Shown here one piece after another: positions 41,201 through 49,847 of a DNA stretch of 64,000 nt (the first letter of the stretch is position 1; each line of letters begins with the position of its first letter). Origin of the DNA: Lentisphaeria bacterium. Lineage in GTDB: Bacteria > Verrucomicrobiota > Lentisphaeria > JABSQK01 > JAWLHB01. The position numbers and the translations under genes are program-made. The DNA lies in NCBI GenBank assembly GCA_041690595.1, contig JAWLHB010000008.1:1-64000 (forward strand), in the 5' to 3' direction. The notes beneath the pieces are model-generated. The model was not told the origin of the DNA, did not search any database, and was given only the letters and a program-made list of their open reading frames with translations.

Positions 41201-41731
41201 GACCGAGGTTTTGGGATGGAGCGAGGCGCGGGAGGCCACTCAGGCGAGTGGCGTGCCCGGGGAGCGCGGGAGGAAGGATGGAGATTGGGAAGGGGCAATG
41301 TCCAACGCCGGTGCCACTCAGGCGAGTGGCGTGCCCAGGAATGCGACCGAGGTTTTGACCGAGGTTTTGGGATGGAGCGAGGCGCGGGAGGCCACTCAGG
41401 CGAGTGGCGTGCCCAGGGAGCGCGGGAGGAGTGGTGGAGGTTGGGAAGGGGCAATGTCCAACGCCGGTGTCCGTCGGTGGACGGACGTGGCCGCCATTCA
41501 GGCGAGTGGCGTGCCCAGCAATGCGACCGAGGTTTTGACCGAGGTTTTGGGATGGAGCGAGGCGCGGGAGGACACTCAGGCGAGTGGCGTGCCCAGAGAG
41601 CGCGGGAGGAGTGATGGAGATTGGGAAGGGGCAATGTCCAACGCCGGTGTCCGTCGGTGGACGGACGTGGCCGCCCTTCAGGCGAGTGGCGTGCGCAGGA
41701 ATGCGACCGAGGTTTTGACCGAGGTTTTGGG
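41201..41731. repeat. Tandem array of 156/180/180-bp units with REP-like hairpins
   Basis: Units start at 41201, 41357, 41537, 41717 (partial); CAGGCGAGTGGCGTGC at 41241, 41319, 41397, 41499, 41577, 41679. Confidence 0.95.
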
Positions 41732-41911
41732 CGAATCGTTGGGGAGCGGCCGCAGGGGAGCCGCCGTCGAGGTGAAGGGGAGAACGGAGAATGAAACGGC
41801 GACCAATAGTGCCGCGATACTGCCTGAAAGCGCTTGCTTCAGGGGCGGCGTCGTGGTAGTGTAACGTTTCGCCCGGGTTTGTCGTTTTTATTGTATCAGG
41901 AAGAGTCAGGC

Positions 41912-42889
41912 ATGAGCAAAACGAGTCACGTCTGCACCATGGATGCCCAGCAGGCAGAGCAACTGCGGCATATTCTGGAGCAGCAGAATTGGGAGTTGGA
42001 TACAATTCCCTATGCCCGCTATCGGGCGCGCAAGAACAAGACCACGGTCACTGCCTATGAATCGGGCAAAGTGACGGTGCAGGGGCGCGAGACGGCGGAG
42101 CTGGTGCAGTTTTACATCGAGCCGGAGATCCTGAAGGAGGCGCGCTTCGGGTACGAGGCGGAGATGGCGCAGGTGGAGCATCCGGACATGTTCGAGCCCC
42201 ACGCGGGCATCGACGAGAGCGGCAAGGGTGACTTTTTTGGTCCGATGGTGATCGCATGCGTGTATGTGGATCAGGAAAGCGGCTTGAAGCTGGTGGAAGC
42301 GGGGGTGCAGGATTCGAAGGCGATCAAGAGCGACAAGCGGATCACGATGCTGGCGCAGGAGATCCGCAAGATCGTGCGGGGGCGCTACAGCCTGGTGCGC
42401 ATCGGGCCAGGCTCCTACAACCGGATGTACCAGAACATGCGCAACGTCAATCGCCTGCTTGCCTGGGGGCATGCGCGGGCTTTGGAGAATTTATTGGAAA
42501 AGGTACCGGAGTGCCCGCGGGCGCTATCCGACCAGTTTGCCCGCAAGAGCGAGGTGCTGAACGCGCTGAAGGAGCGCGGCCAGCGCATTCAGCTCGACCA
42601 GCGACCGAAGGCGGAGTCGGATATTGCGGTGGCCGCGGCGTCGATCCTGGCGCGCAAGGGGTTCATCGATCAGATGGCGGAACTGGGCGATGTGGCGGGC
42701 TGCACGTTGCCGCGAGGCGCCTCGAAGCAGGTACTCGCCACTGCCGCCAACGTGATCCAGCGGCTCGGTGAGGAGAGGCTCGGCGAGTTCGCCAAGCTGC
42801 ATTTCCGCACGGCGGCCACGGCGGTGGACATGGCAGCAGAGGGTGACTTCGAGACTGAACCCGCCAGCCCCCCGAAAGCGAACTCATGA
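41912..42889 (+). CDS. rnhC: Ribonuclease HIII
   Basis: TBP-like N-domain (AYESGKVTVQG), GIDESGKGDFFGP, DSK, DQF, KAESD.AVAAASILAR, KLHF. Confidence 0.92.
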   Translation: MSKTSHVCTMDAQQAEQLRHILEQQNWELDTIPYARYRARKNKTTVTAYESGKVTVQGRETAELVQFYIEPEILKEARFGYEAEMAQVEHPDMFEPHAGIDESGKGDFFGPMVIACVYVDQESGLKLVEAGVQDSKAIKSDKRITMLAQEIRKIVRGRYSLVRIGPGSYNRMYQNMRNVNRLLAWGHARALENLLEKVPECPRALSDQFARKSEVLNALKERGQRIQLDQRPKAESDIAVAAASILARKGFIDQMAELGDVAGCTLPRGASKQVLATAANVIQRLGEERLGEFAKLHFRTAATAVDMAAEGDFETEPASPPKANS

Positions 42890-45800
42890 TCCTGCATGCT
42901 TTCTGGGAGGTCGATAGTTGCGCCATGGCCTTTTGGGCCGAGCGGTCGCGCGAGGAGTGGCTTCAGGAAGTCCCTTCCGGAAAGCCTCCGCGCCATCCGG
43001 GCACGCTGCCTTTCAGCCAACTCAAGGGCGTGGTGCCGCGGGCTCTCGATGTCTATGAGGACGAGATTACGATCCTGCTGCCGACCTCGGGGTACCTGCC
43101 TCGCGCCACCCTCGAAGCCGCGCGGAAAGATGAGCGGCTGCGCCCGTGGTACCTGCAGACGGCCCATTCAATTGGCGACTGTGTCATGGAATGGATGTTC
43201 GAACGGGACGAAGATCTCCCCGACTTCAAGCTGGCCGAGGGAGCCAACCTGGAGTTTGGGGAGACAGTGCAGTTCTGGCTGAAGGCCGCGGAGTTCGCGC
43301 GGGTGCTCGTCTGGCGGAGTTCTTTCGCGCCGGGCATCGTGCGGTTGGAACAGCGTTACTACCCATCGTGGCAGGCGGTCTTCACGCCCAACGAGGAAGC
43401 GTACTGGCATGAGCTGGAGCGGCACATGCCGGCGGCCTGCCTGGCGAACTACCAGAGCGAGGGGGGCCACGACAAGCTGCTTGGCGCGAAGACCATTCTC
43501 CTTTCCTTCATCGATGCGGCGGTGGACCACCTCGTGCGTCGACGGCTGCTGCGGCAGAACGCGCGTCGCCTGCAGAAGAAGAAGGCGAGCGCCCCACCCC
43601 ACCGGCAATGGCTGAGCCTGCTCAAGCATGGCCGCCTCTCGTCGCTGGAGGGCACGCCGCGGGAGCTTTCGCAGTTCGCGGACGAAGTGCGGTCGTGGAA
43701 CCAGTTCATGCGCCTGCCGTACCTGAAGACGCCGTTCCGGCTTGTCTTTCAACTCTCGTCGCCGCCGGACGAGGAGGAACCGTGGCGGGTGCATTATGCG
43801 CTTCAGGCGGCCCGGGATCCCTCCCTGCTCCTGCGCGCGGAACAGCTTTGGAATCCGGATGCGGACACCAGCAGTGCGCTCACGGCGCGGGGCCGCGAGA
43901 CCCTGCTGGCCGGCCTTGGCCGCGCCATCGGCGTCTTCCCCCAGATCCGGGAGAGCCTGGCCGGCGGTGAACCGGCATGGTGTGAGCTGGACAAGTTCGA
44001 GGCCATCGAGTTCATGTCGAAGACGGCGCCCCTGTTGCGCCGGCATGGCTTTCACGTCATCCTGCCATCGTGGTGGGAAGACCCCGACGATGCGCTTCAC
44101 CTGACGCTGCGCATCACGCCTGCCGGTCTCGACGCTGGGGATCGACAGCCCGCGCTGGGTATCGAACAGCTCGTGCAGTACCGGTGGGATGTCGCGCTTG
44201 GAGACCAGTTGCTGAGCGAAGACGAATTCCGGGCTCTGGCGCTCACCAAGGAGCCCCTGATCCACCGCGACGGGAAGTGGTTCCGGCTGGATGCACAGGC
44301 GCTGCGCAAGTCGGTGAATCTGCTGGACAAGCGGGAGCGGGAGGGACATACATCGCTGGAGAAGGCGATGAAGCTCAGCCTGGAGTTGGAGAAGAACGGG
44401 GTGGTGCCGATCATCGATTTTCAGACGGAGTCGGACCCCACGGAGCTGCTGCGGAACATCAAGCCCAACATGGTTTTCCGGGAATTCGAGCCGCCGCCTG
44501 GTTTCATCGGCGAGCTCCGTCCTTACCAGATCAAGGGTTTTTCGTGGCTCAGCTTTGTGGGGAGTCTTGGCTACGGAGCCTGCCTGGCGGACGACATGGG
44601 TCTCGGCAAGACGGTCCAAATGATCACGGCGCTCCTTCAGCAGCGGGTGGACGAACCGGAAGAAGATCGTCCGTCGCTGATCATCTGCCCCATGTCGGTG
44701 GTGGGCAACTGGGTCAAGGAGATCAACCGCTTTGCGCCGGCCTTCAAGGTGATGGTGCATCACGGCAGCGACCGGGAGCAACTGGAGCAGTTTGTGGAGA
44801 GCGCGAATCAGCACGATATCGTCATCACGACATATGCGCTGGCCGTGCGCGACCAGGTTTGCCTGCTGCGCTGCTACTGGAGCAATATCATTCTCGACGA
44901 AGCGCAGAACATCAAGAATCCGAGCACCAAGCAGGCGCTGGCGATCCGTTCGCTGCGGGGCGGCTATCGTTACTGCCTGACCGGCACGCCGATCGAAAAC
45001 CGCCTCACGGAGCTGTGGTCGATCATGGAATTCCTGAACCCCGGCTACCTTGGCCGGCAGAGCTCATTCCGGGCGAATTTCTCGGTGCCGATCGAACGCG
45101 ACAAGAATCCGAGCCGGGCCGACGTGCTGCAGAAGATCATCCGCCCCTTTGTGCTGCGGCGCCTCAAGTCGGACCGTGATGTGATCCGCGACCTGCCGGA
45201 GAAGCAGGAGATGAAGGTCTTCTGCAACCTCACGACGGAGCAGGCGGCGATCTACCAGGCGGTGGTGGACGACATGCTGACGGCGATCGACGGGCAGAAC
45301 GGCATTGGCCGGCGGGGCATGGTGCTCACGACGCTGATGAAGCTCAAGCAGGTGACGAACCATCCCTCGCACTTCCTGCGGGACAACGACCAGCTCAAGT
45401 CGGAGCGTTCCGGGAAGCTGCAGCGCATGGAGGAGATGCTCGAGATCCTGCTTGAAGAGCGGGATCGGGCTCTGGTCTTCACGCAGTTCAGTGAGTTCGG
45501 CGGCATGCTGCACAAGAAGCTCGAACGCAAGTTCGGCATCGAGGTGCTCTACATGCATGGGGGCACGCCGAAGCACAAGCGGGAGGAAATGGTCAACCGC
45601 TTCCAGGCCCGCAATGGACCACAGATCTTCCTGCTCTCTCTCAAGGCCGGCGGCGTCGGGCTCAATCTTACGGCGGCTTGCCATGTCTTCCACTTCGACC
45701 GCTGGTGGAATCCGGCGGTAGAGAATCAGGCGACGGACCGGGCCTTCAGGATTGGCCAGACCCGCAACGTTCAGGTTCACAAGTTTGTCTGCATCGGCAC

Positions 45801-45948
45801 GGTCGAGGAAAAGATCGACCAGATGCTGGATGAAAAGAAACGCCTTGCCGATTTCATCGTCACCCCTGGTGAAGAGATGCTCACCGAGCTGTCGACCGAA
45901 GAGCTGCGCCAGATCTTCAGCCTAACCCGGGACGCCGTAGTCGAATGA
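42886..45948 (+). CDS. SNF2-family helicase-like ATPase
   Basis: LRPYQ, LADDMGLGKT, LDEAQNIKN, LTGTPIEN, SLKAGGVGLNL, WWNPAVENQATDRAFRIGQ. Confidence 0.95.
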   Translation: MILHAFWEVDSCAMAFWAERSREEWLQEVPSGKPPRHPGTLPFSQLKGVVPRALDVYEDEITILLPTSGYLPRATLEAARKDERLRPWYLQTAHSIGDCVMEWMFERDEDLPDFKLAEGANLEFGETVQFWLKAAEFARVLVWRSSFAPGIVRLEQRYYPSWQAVFTPNEEAYWHELERHMPAACLANYQSEGGHDKLLGAKTILLSFIDAAVDHLVRRRLLRQNARRLQKKKASAPPHRQWLSLLKHGRLSSLEGTPRELSQFADEVRSWNQFMRLPYLKTPFRLVFQLSSPPDEEEPWRVHYALQAARDPSLLLRAEQLWNPDADTSSALTARGRETLLAGLGRAIGVFPQIRESLAGGEPAWCELDKFEAIEFMSKTAPLLRRHGFHVILPSWWEDPDDALHLTLRITPAGLDAGDRQPALGIEQLVQYRWDVALGDQLLSEDEFRALALTKEPLIHRDGKWFRLDAQALRKSVNLLDKREREGHTSLEKAMKLSLELEKNGVVPIIDFQTESDPTELLRNIKPNMVFREFEPPPGFIGELRPYQIKGFSWLSFVGSLGYGACLADDMGLGKTVQMITALLQQRVDEPEEDRPSLIICPMSVVGNWVKEINRFAPAFKVMVHHGSDREQLEQFVESANQHDIVITTYALAVRDQVCLLRCYWSNIILDEAQNIKNPSTKQALAIRSLRGGYRYCLTGTPIENRLTELWSIMEFLNPGYLGRQSSFRANFSVPIERDKNPSRADVLQKIIRPFVLRRLKSDRDVIRDLPEKQEMKVFCNLTTEQAAIYQAVVDDMLTAIDGQNGIGRRGMVLTTLMKLKQVTNHPSHFLRDNDQLKSERSGKLQRMEEMLEILLEERDRALVFTQFSEFGGMLHKKLERKFGIEVLYMHGGTPKHKREEMVNRFQARNGPQIFLLSLKAGGVGLNLTAACHVFHFDRWWNPAVENQATDRAFRIGQTRNVQVHKFVCIGTVEEKIDQMLDEKKRLADFIVTPGEEMLTELSTEELRQIFSLTRDAVVE

Positions 45949-46784
45949 TCCCACACGACCCTACCATTGTCTGGAAGCCGCTGACGAACCCGGATCAGAA
46001 CCCGGAGCTGCACCTCACGAACGGGCTGCTGCCGCGCAACCCGCGTGGCCGTGGGAGTCAGAGTTGGTGGGCGGATCGCCTGGAGGACGCTCTGGAGGCG
46101 ACCGAGCAGAAGCAGGCGCTGGACAACGGCCGCCGCTACATGCGCAAAGGGCAGATCGTGGAGATGCAGCTGCAGCCGGGGCGAGTTGTCGCTCGCGTGC
46201 AAGGCTCGGCCGACAAGCCGTACGAGACGGCCATACACCTTCCCACGCTGGACGACGAGCAGTGGGCGCGGGTGATCGAGCGCCTGCTTCAGCAACTGGA
46301 TGCGGTCGCCGAGTTGATGGCCCACATCATGCCTCGCACCATCGAAGAGAGCTTTAGCGCCGTCGACGCCCGGTTGTTCCCGCTCAACCTGAACGACTGG
46401 CAGATCTCCTGCACCTGCAGTGAGGAGAATGCTCCCTGCACGCACGCTTTCGCCGCCATGTTTCTCTTCATCGACCGCTTCGACACCGAGCCCTTCCTCC
46501 TCTTCCTGCTCCGTGGCCGCGGCCGCCAGGAACTCGTAAGCAAACTGCGTCAGTCCTGGGGCATGGGCATGCTGGACGATGAGGAAGAGGAAGACGAGGA
46601 GTCGCTAGTCAGCAACTATGATCTCGCCACCTTCTTCAACATGCGCGGCGAGCTGCCCGAGTATGCGGGTACCCCTCCGCCCCCCGAGGGCATCAAGGTC
46701 ATTCGCCGCCTCGGCTTTCCCCCGTTCTTCCCTGCCGGTGACCGCACCGTCCAGCAGACCCTCGAGAACCTCTACGAAGAGTAA
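45945..46784 (+). CDS. SWIM zinc-finger protein (SNF2 partner)
   Basis: GRRY.RKGQ, A.VQGS...PY, CTC......CTH, PFLLFLLRG; ATGA overlap with SNF2 gene. Confidence 0.88.
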   Translation: MIPHDPTIVWKPLTNPDQNPELHLTNGLLPRNPRGRGSQSWWADRLEDALEATEQKQALDNGRRYMRKGQIVEMQLQPGRVVARVQGSADKPYETAIHLPTLDDEQWARVIERLLQQLDAVAELMAHIMPRTIEESFSAVDARLFPLNLNDWQISCTCSEENAPCTHAFAAMFLFIDRFDTEPFLLFLLRGRGRQELVSKLRQSWGMGMLDDEEEEDEESLVSNYDLATFFNMRGELPEYAGTPPPPEGIKVIRRLGFPPFFPAGDRTVQQTLENLYEE

Positions 46785-46810
46785 CCGGACAACGCCCAGG
46801 AGCAGCCCTC

Positions 46811-47773
46811 ATGCCTGACACCCCTCCCCGACTCGTCGTCCTCGATGGCCAGACGCTCAATCCCGGAGATCTCTCCTGGCAGCCCCTCGAAGCACTCGTC
46901 GAACTGACCGTCCATGCGCGTACGCCAGCGGACGAGTGCGTGTCGCGGGCCGAAGCCGCGGAGTTGCTCCTCACCAACAAGGTCGCGCTGGGGGCCGCGG
47001 AGTTCGATCGGCTGCCGCGCCTCCGCTACATCGGCGTGACCGCCACGGGCTATAACGTGGTGGATGTGGCCGCCGCCGCCGCCCGGGGCATCACCGTAAC
47101 CAATGTTCCCGCCTATAGCACCGAGTCCGTCGCCCAGACGGTCTTCGCGCACCTTCTCAACCTGACGCACCAGGTGGCTCGGCATAACGATGCCGTTCAC
47201 GCCGGACGCTGGACACACGCGCCGGACTTCTGCTTCTGGGAGAGCCCACTGGTCGAACTGCACGGGCAGACCATGGGAATAGTGGGCCTCGGTCAGATTG
47301 GCCTCGCCACCGCGCGCCTGGCGTCAGCCTTCGGCATGCGGGTCATCGCCACCACGCGTACGGATCGTCAGCATGCCGGCATCGAGCTTGTCGATCTGGA
47401 CACCCTCTTCCGCGAGGGTGATGTGATCAGCCTGCACTGCCCACTCACGCCTCAGACGCAGCACCTGGTGAATGCCAGGCGGCTCGCCTTGATGAAAGCC
47501 GACTCCTTCCTGATCAATACCGGGCGTGGCCCGCTGATCGATGAAGCCGCCCTCGCCGATGCCCTTCGCGCGGGTCGATTGGCCGCTGCCGCCGTTGATG
47601 TTCTTTCAACTGAACCTCCAACTGCCGACAATCCCCTTCTTCATGCACCAAATTGCGTCATCACCCCGCACTATGGCTGGGCCACAAAGGCCGCCCGGCA
47701 GCGACTCATGGATACCGTAACAGCGAATATTGCCGACTTCCTTGCCGGCCATCCGCGCAACGTCGTCAGCTGA
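46811..47773 (+). CDS. D-2-hydroxyacid dehydrogenase (glycerate dehydrogenase/hydroxypyruvate reductase-like)
   Basis: LDGQTLNPGDLSW, ATGYNVVD, GLGQIG, NTGRG, DVLSTEPP, ITPH. Confidence 0.92.
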   Translation: MPDTPPRLVVLDGQTLNPGDLSWQPLEALVELTVHARTPADECVSRAEAAELLLTNKVALGAAEFDRLPRLRYIGVTATGYNVVDVAAAAARGITVTNVPAYSTESVAQTVFAHLLNLTHQVARHNDAVHAGRWTHAPDFCFWESPLVELHGQTMGIVGLGQIGLATARLASAFGMRVIATTRTDRQHAGIELVDLDTLFREGDVISLHCPLTPQTQHLVNARRLALMKADSFLINTGRGPLIDEAALADALRAGRLAAAAVDVLSTEPPTADNPLLHAPNCVITPHYGWATKAARQRLMDTVTANIADFLAGHPRNVVS

Positions 47774-47896
47774 CATTTCGGCTTTGGCGGACTTGCTCTC
47801 CCGTGGTGTTTGAATTCGCCTTAGCAGTGCGCATAGTGTAGGCAGGATCATCTTCATCCGAATTCAGAGCAGCAATCAGACAGGAAAAGCAAGCCA

Positions 47897-49843
47897 ATGC
47901 GTCGGTGGCACGAACTTTTCGTACCGGGTCGAGTCTGCCTGTTCGGCGAGCATTCAGATTGGGCCGGCAGCTATCGCCGGATCAACTCGAAGCTTCAGCC
48001 GGGTCAGGTCATCATCGCGGGAACCAATCAGGGGCTATACGCGCGAGTTCGAGCCCACCACGACAAGCTGATCGTGCGTTCGATCCTGCCCGGCAGTGAC
48101 GAACCGCAATCGATCGAGCTGCCGATGGATCGGCACGAGCTGCTGCAGACGGCCGAGGCCGGCGGCTTCTTCAGCTATGCCGCTGGGGTCGCCTACCACA
48201 TGCTCACCTTCTACCGCGTCCAAGGCATCGAGATCGACAATTACCAGACGACGCTGCCGGTGCGCAAAGGGCTCAGTTCCTCGGCGGCCTTCTCCGTGCT
48301 GCTGGCCCGCGCCTACAATCGCGTCTACGACCTGAAGCTCACCATTCGGGCCGAGATGGAGGCTGCCTACCAGGGAGAAATTCGTACTCCCTCCCGCTGC
48401 GGTCGCATGGATCAGGGTTGTGCCTTCGGGCAGGTTCCGGTCAAGATGACCTTCAATGGCGAGCTTCTGCACACCCATCGCCTGACCATTGGTGCGCCGC
48501 TGCACATGCTCGTGGCCGACCTCAATGGCAAGAAGGACACGATCAAGATCCTTGGCGATCTCAACCGCGCCTTTCCTTTTGCCGACGATGATGAAAGCAT
48601 GCGCGTTCAGCAGTACCTCGGCCCCATCAATACGGAGCTTGTCGAACGCGCCAGTACTCATATAGCGGAGGGAGACGCCGAAGCACTCGGCAAGCTGATG
48701 ACCGAGGCGCAGCGCCTCTTCGACGACTACCTCATGCCCGCCTGCCCGGAAGAACTCACCTCTCCCAAACTGCACAGGGTGCTGAACGATCCGCGCATAC
48801 AAGGGCTGACTTGGGGTGGCAAAGGGGTCGGCTCGCAAGGCGACGGCTGCGTCCAGTTCGTCACCCGCAGCGTTTCCGATCGCCAGGAGTTGGTCGACTA
48901 CCTGGCCAATACCTACGGCATGAAGGCGTTCGAGCTTGATCTCACGCCGCCGCAGGCCGTCCGCAAGGCCGTCATTCCCGTGGCCGGCTACGGCACCCGC
49001 ATGTTTCCTGCCTCGAAAGCGCTCAAGAAGGAGCTTTTCCCGGTTATTACGCCGGATGGCATGGCCAAGCCAATCATCCTGGCGGTCGTCGAGGAAGCCG
49101 TGCAGGCCGGCATCGAGGAGATCGCGCTGATTGTCCGTAGCGGCGACGAGCAGTTCTATGACGACTTCTTCAATCAGCCAGTGGCGCGGGATCACTACAG
49201 TCACTTGTCAGAAAGCCACCAGAAGTACTGCCAGTATCTGCACAATCTGGGCGAACGCCTCACCTTTATTCCGCAACAGGAGCAGGCCGGCTTCGGCCAT
49301 GCCGTCTACTGCGCCCGCGACTTTATCGGCAAAGATCCCTTTCTCCTCATGCTGGGCGATCACCTGTATGTTTCGCAGAGCGAAGTGCCATGCGCCCGGC
49401 AACTGATCGATGCGTATGAGCAGTGTGGCGCCCGCCGCAGCGTGGTGGGCTGCTATGTCGCCGATGTCGAGGAGATCTCCAACTATGGCACTCTCGCCGG
49501 CGAAGCCCTGAACAGCGATCAGCGCCTCCTGGAAGTTCGCGAGTTCGCCGAGAAGCCGAACCGCGATTATGCCCGGCGCAACCTCGTCACGCCCGACCTG
49601 CCGCCGGACAAGTTCCTGTGCATCTATGGCCAATACATTCTCAGTCCGGCAATCTTCGAGTGTCTGGGCCGCCAGATCGATGCCGATGCCCGCGAGGCCG
49701 GCGAGTATCAGCTGACCACCGCGTTGGAAACCCTGCGCAAGCAGGAGGGGGTTCTCGGCTACCGCGTCGCCGGCAGGCATTATGATACCGGGCTGCCGGG
49801 ACCCTACGTGCAGACTCTTCACGCCATCTATCACGGGGAATAG
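47897..49843 (+). CDS. GHMP sugar kinase fused to GalU-like sugar-1-phosphate nucleotidyltransferase
   Basis: N-half PGRVCLFGEHSDW, P.RKGLSSSAA, CGRMDQ, GGKGVGSQGDG; C-half KAVIPVAGYGTRMFPASK..KELFP, GFGHAV, EKP, GEYQLT. Confidence 0.88.
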   Translation: MRRWHELFVPGRVCLFGEHSDWAGSYRRINSKLQPGQVIIAGTNQGLYARVRAHHDKLIVRSILPGSDEPQSIELPMDRHELLQTAEAGGFFSYAAGVAYHMLTFYRVQGIEIDNYQTTLPVRKGLSSSAAFSVLLARAYNRVYDLKLTIRAEMEAAYQGEIRTPSRCGRMDQGCAFGQVPVKMTFNGELLHTHRLTIGAPLHMLVADLNGKKDTIKILGDLNRAFPFADDDESMRVQQYLGPINTELVERASTHIAEGDAEALGKLMTEAQRLFDDYLMPACPEELTSPKLHRVLNDPRIQGLTWGGKGVGSQGDGCVQFVTRSVSDRQELVDYLANTYGMKAFELDLTPPQAVRKAVIPVAGYGTRMFPASKALKKELFPVITPDGMAKPIILAVVEEAVQAGIEEIALIVRSGDEQFYDDFFNQPVARDHYSHLSESHQKYCQYLHNLGERLTFIPQQEQAGFGHAVYCARDFIGKDPFLLMLGDHLYVSQSEVPCARQLIDAYEQCGARRSVVGCYVADVEEISNYGTLAGEALNSDQRLLEVREFAEKPNRDYARRNLVTPDLPPDKFLCIYGQYILSPAIFECLGRQIDADAREAGEYQLTTALETLRKQEGVLGYRVAGRHYDTGLPGPYVQTLHAIYHGE

Positions 49844-49847
49844 CATC

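Noticed and set aside
41201..41731. CRISPR array next to an RT
   Set aside because: The intervening sequences are themselves repeated rather than unique spacers, and there are no cas genes in the window
47826..47853. dif site (AGTGCGCATAG-TGTAGG...) near the skew switch
   Set aside because: Only the XerC-like arm matches; no XerD arm; also explicable as a promoter -10 (CATAGT)
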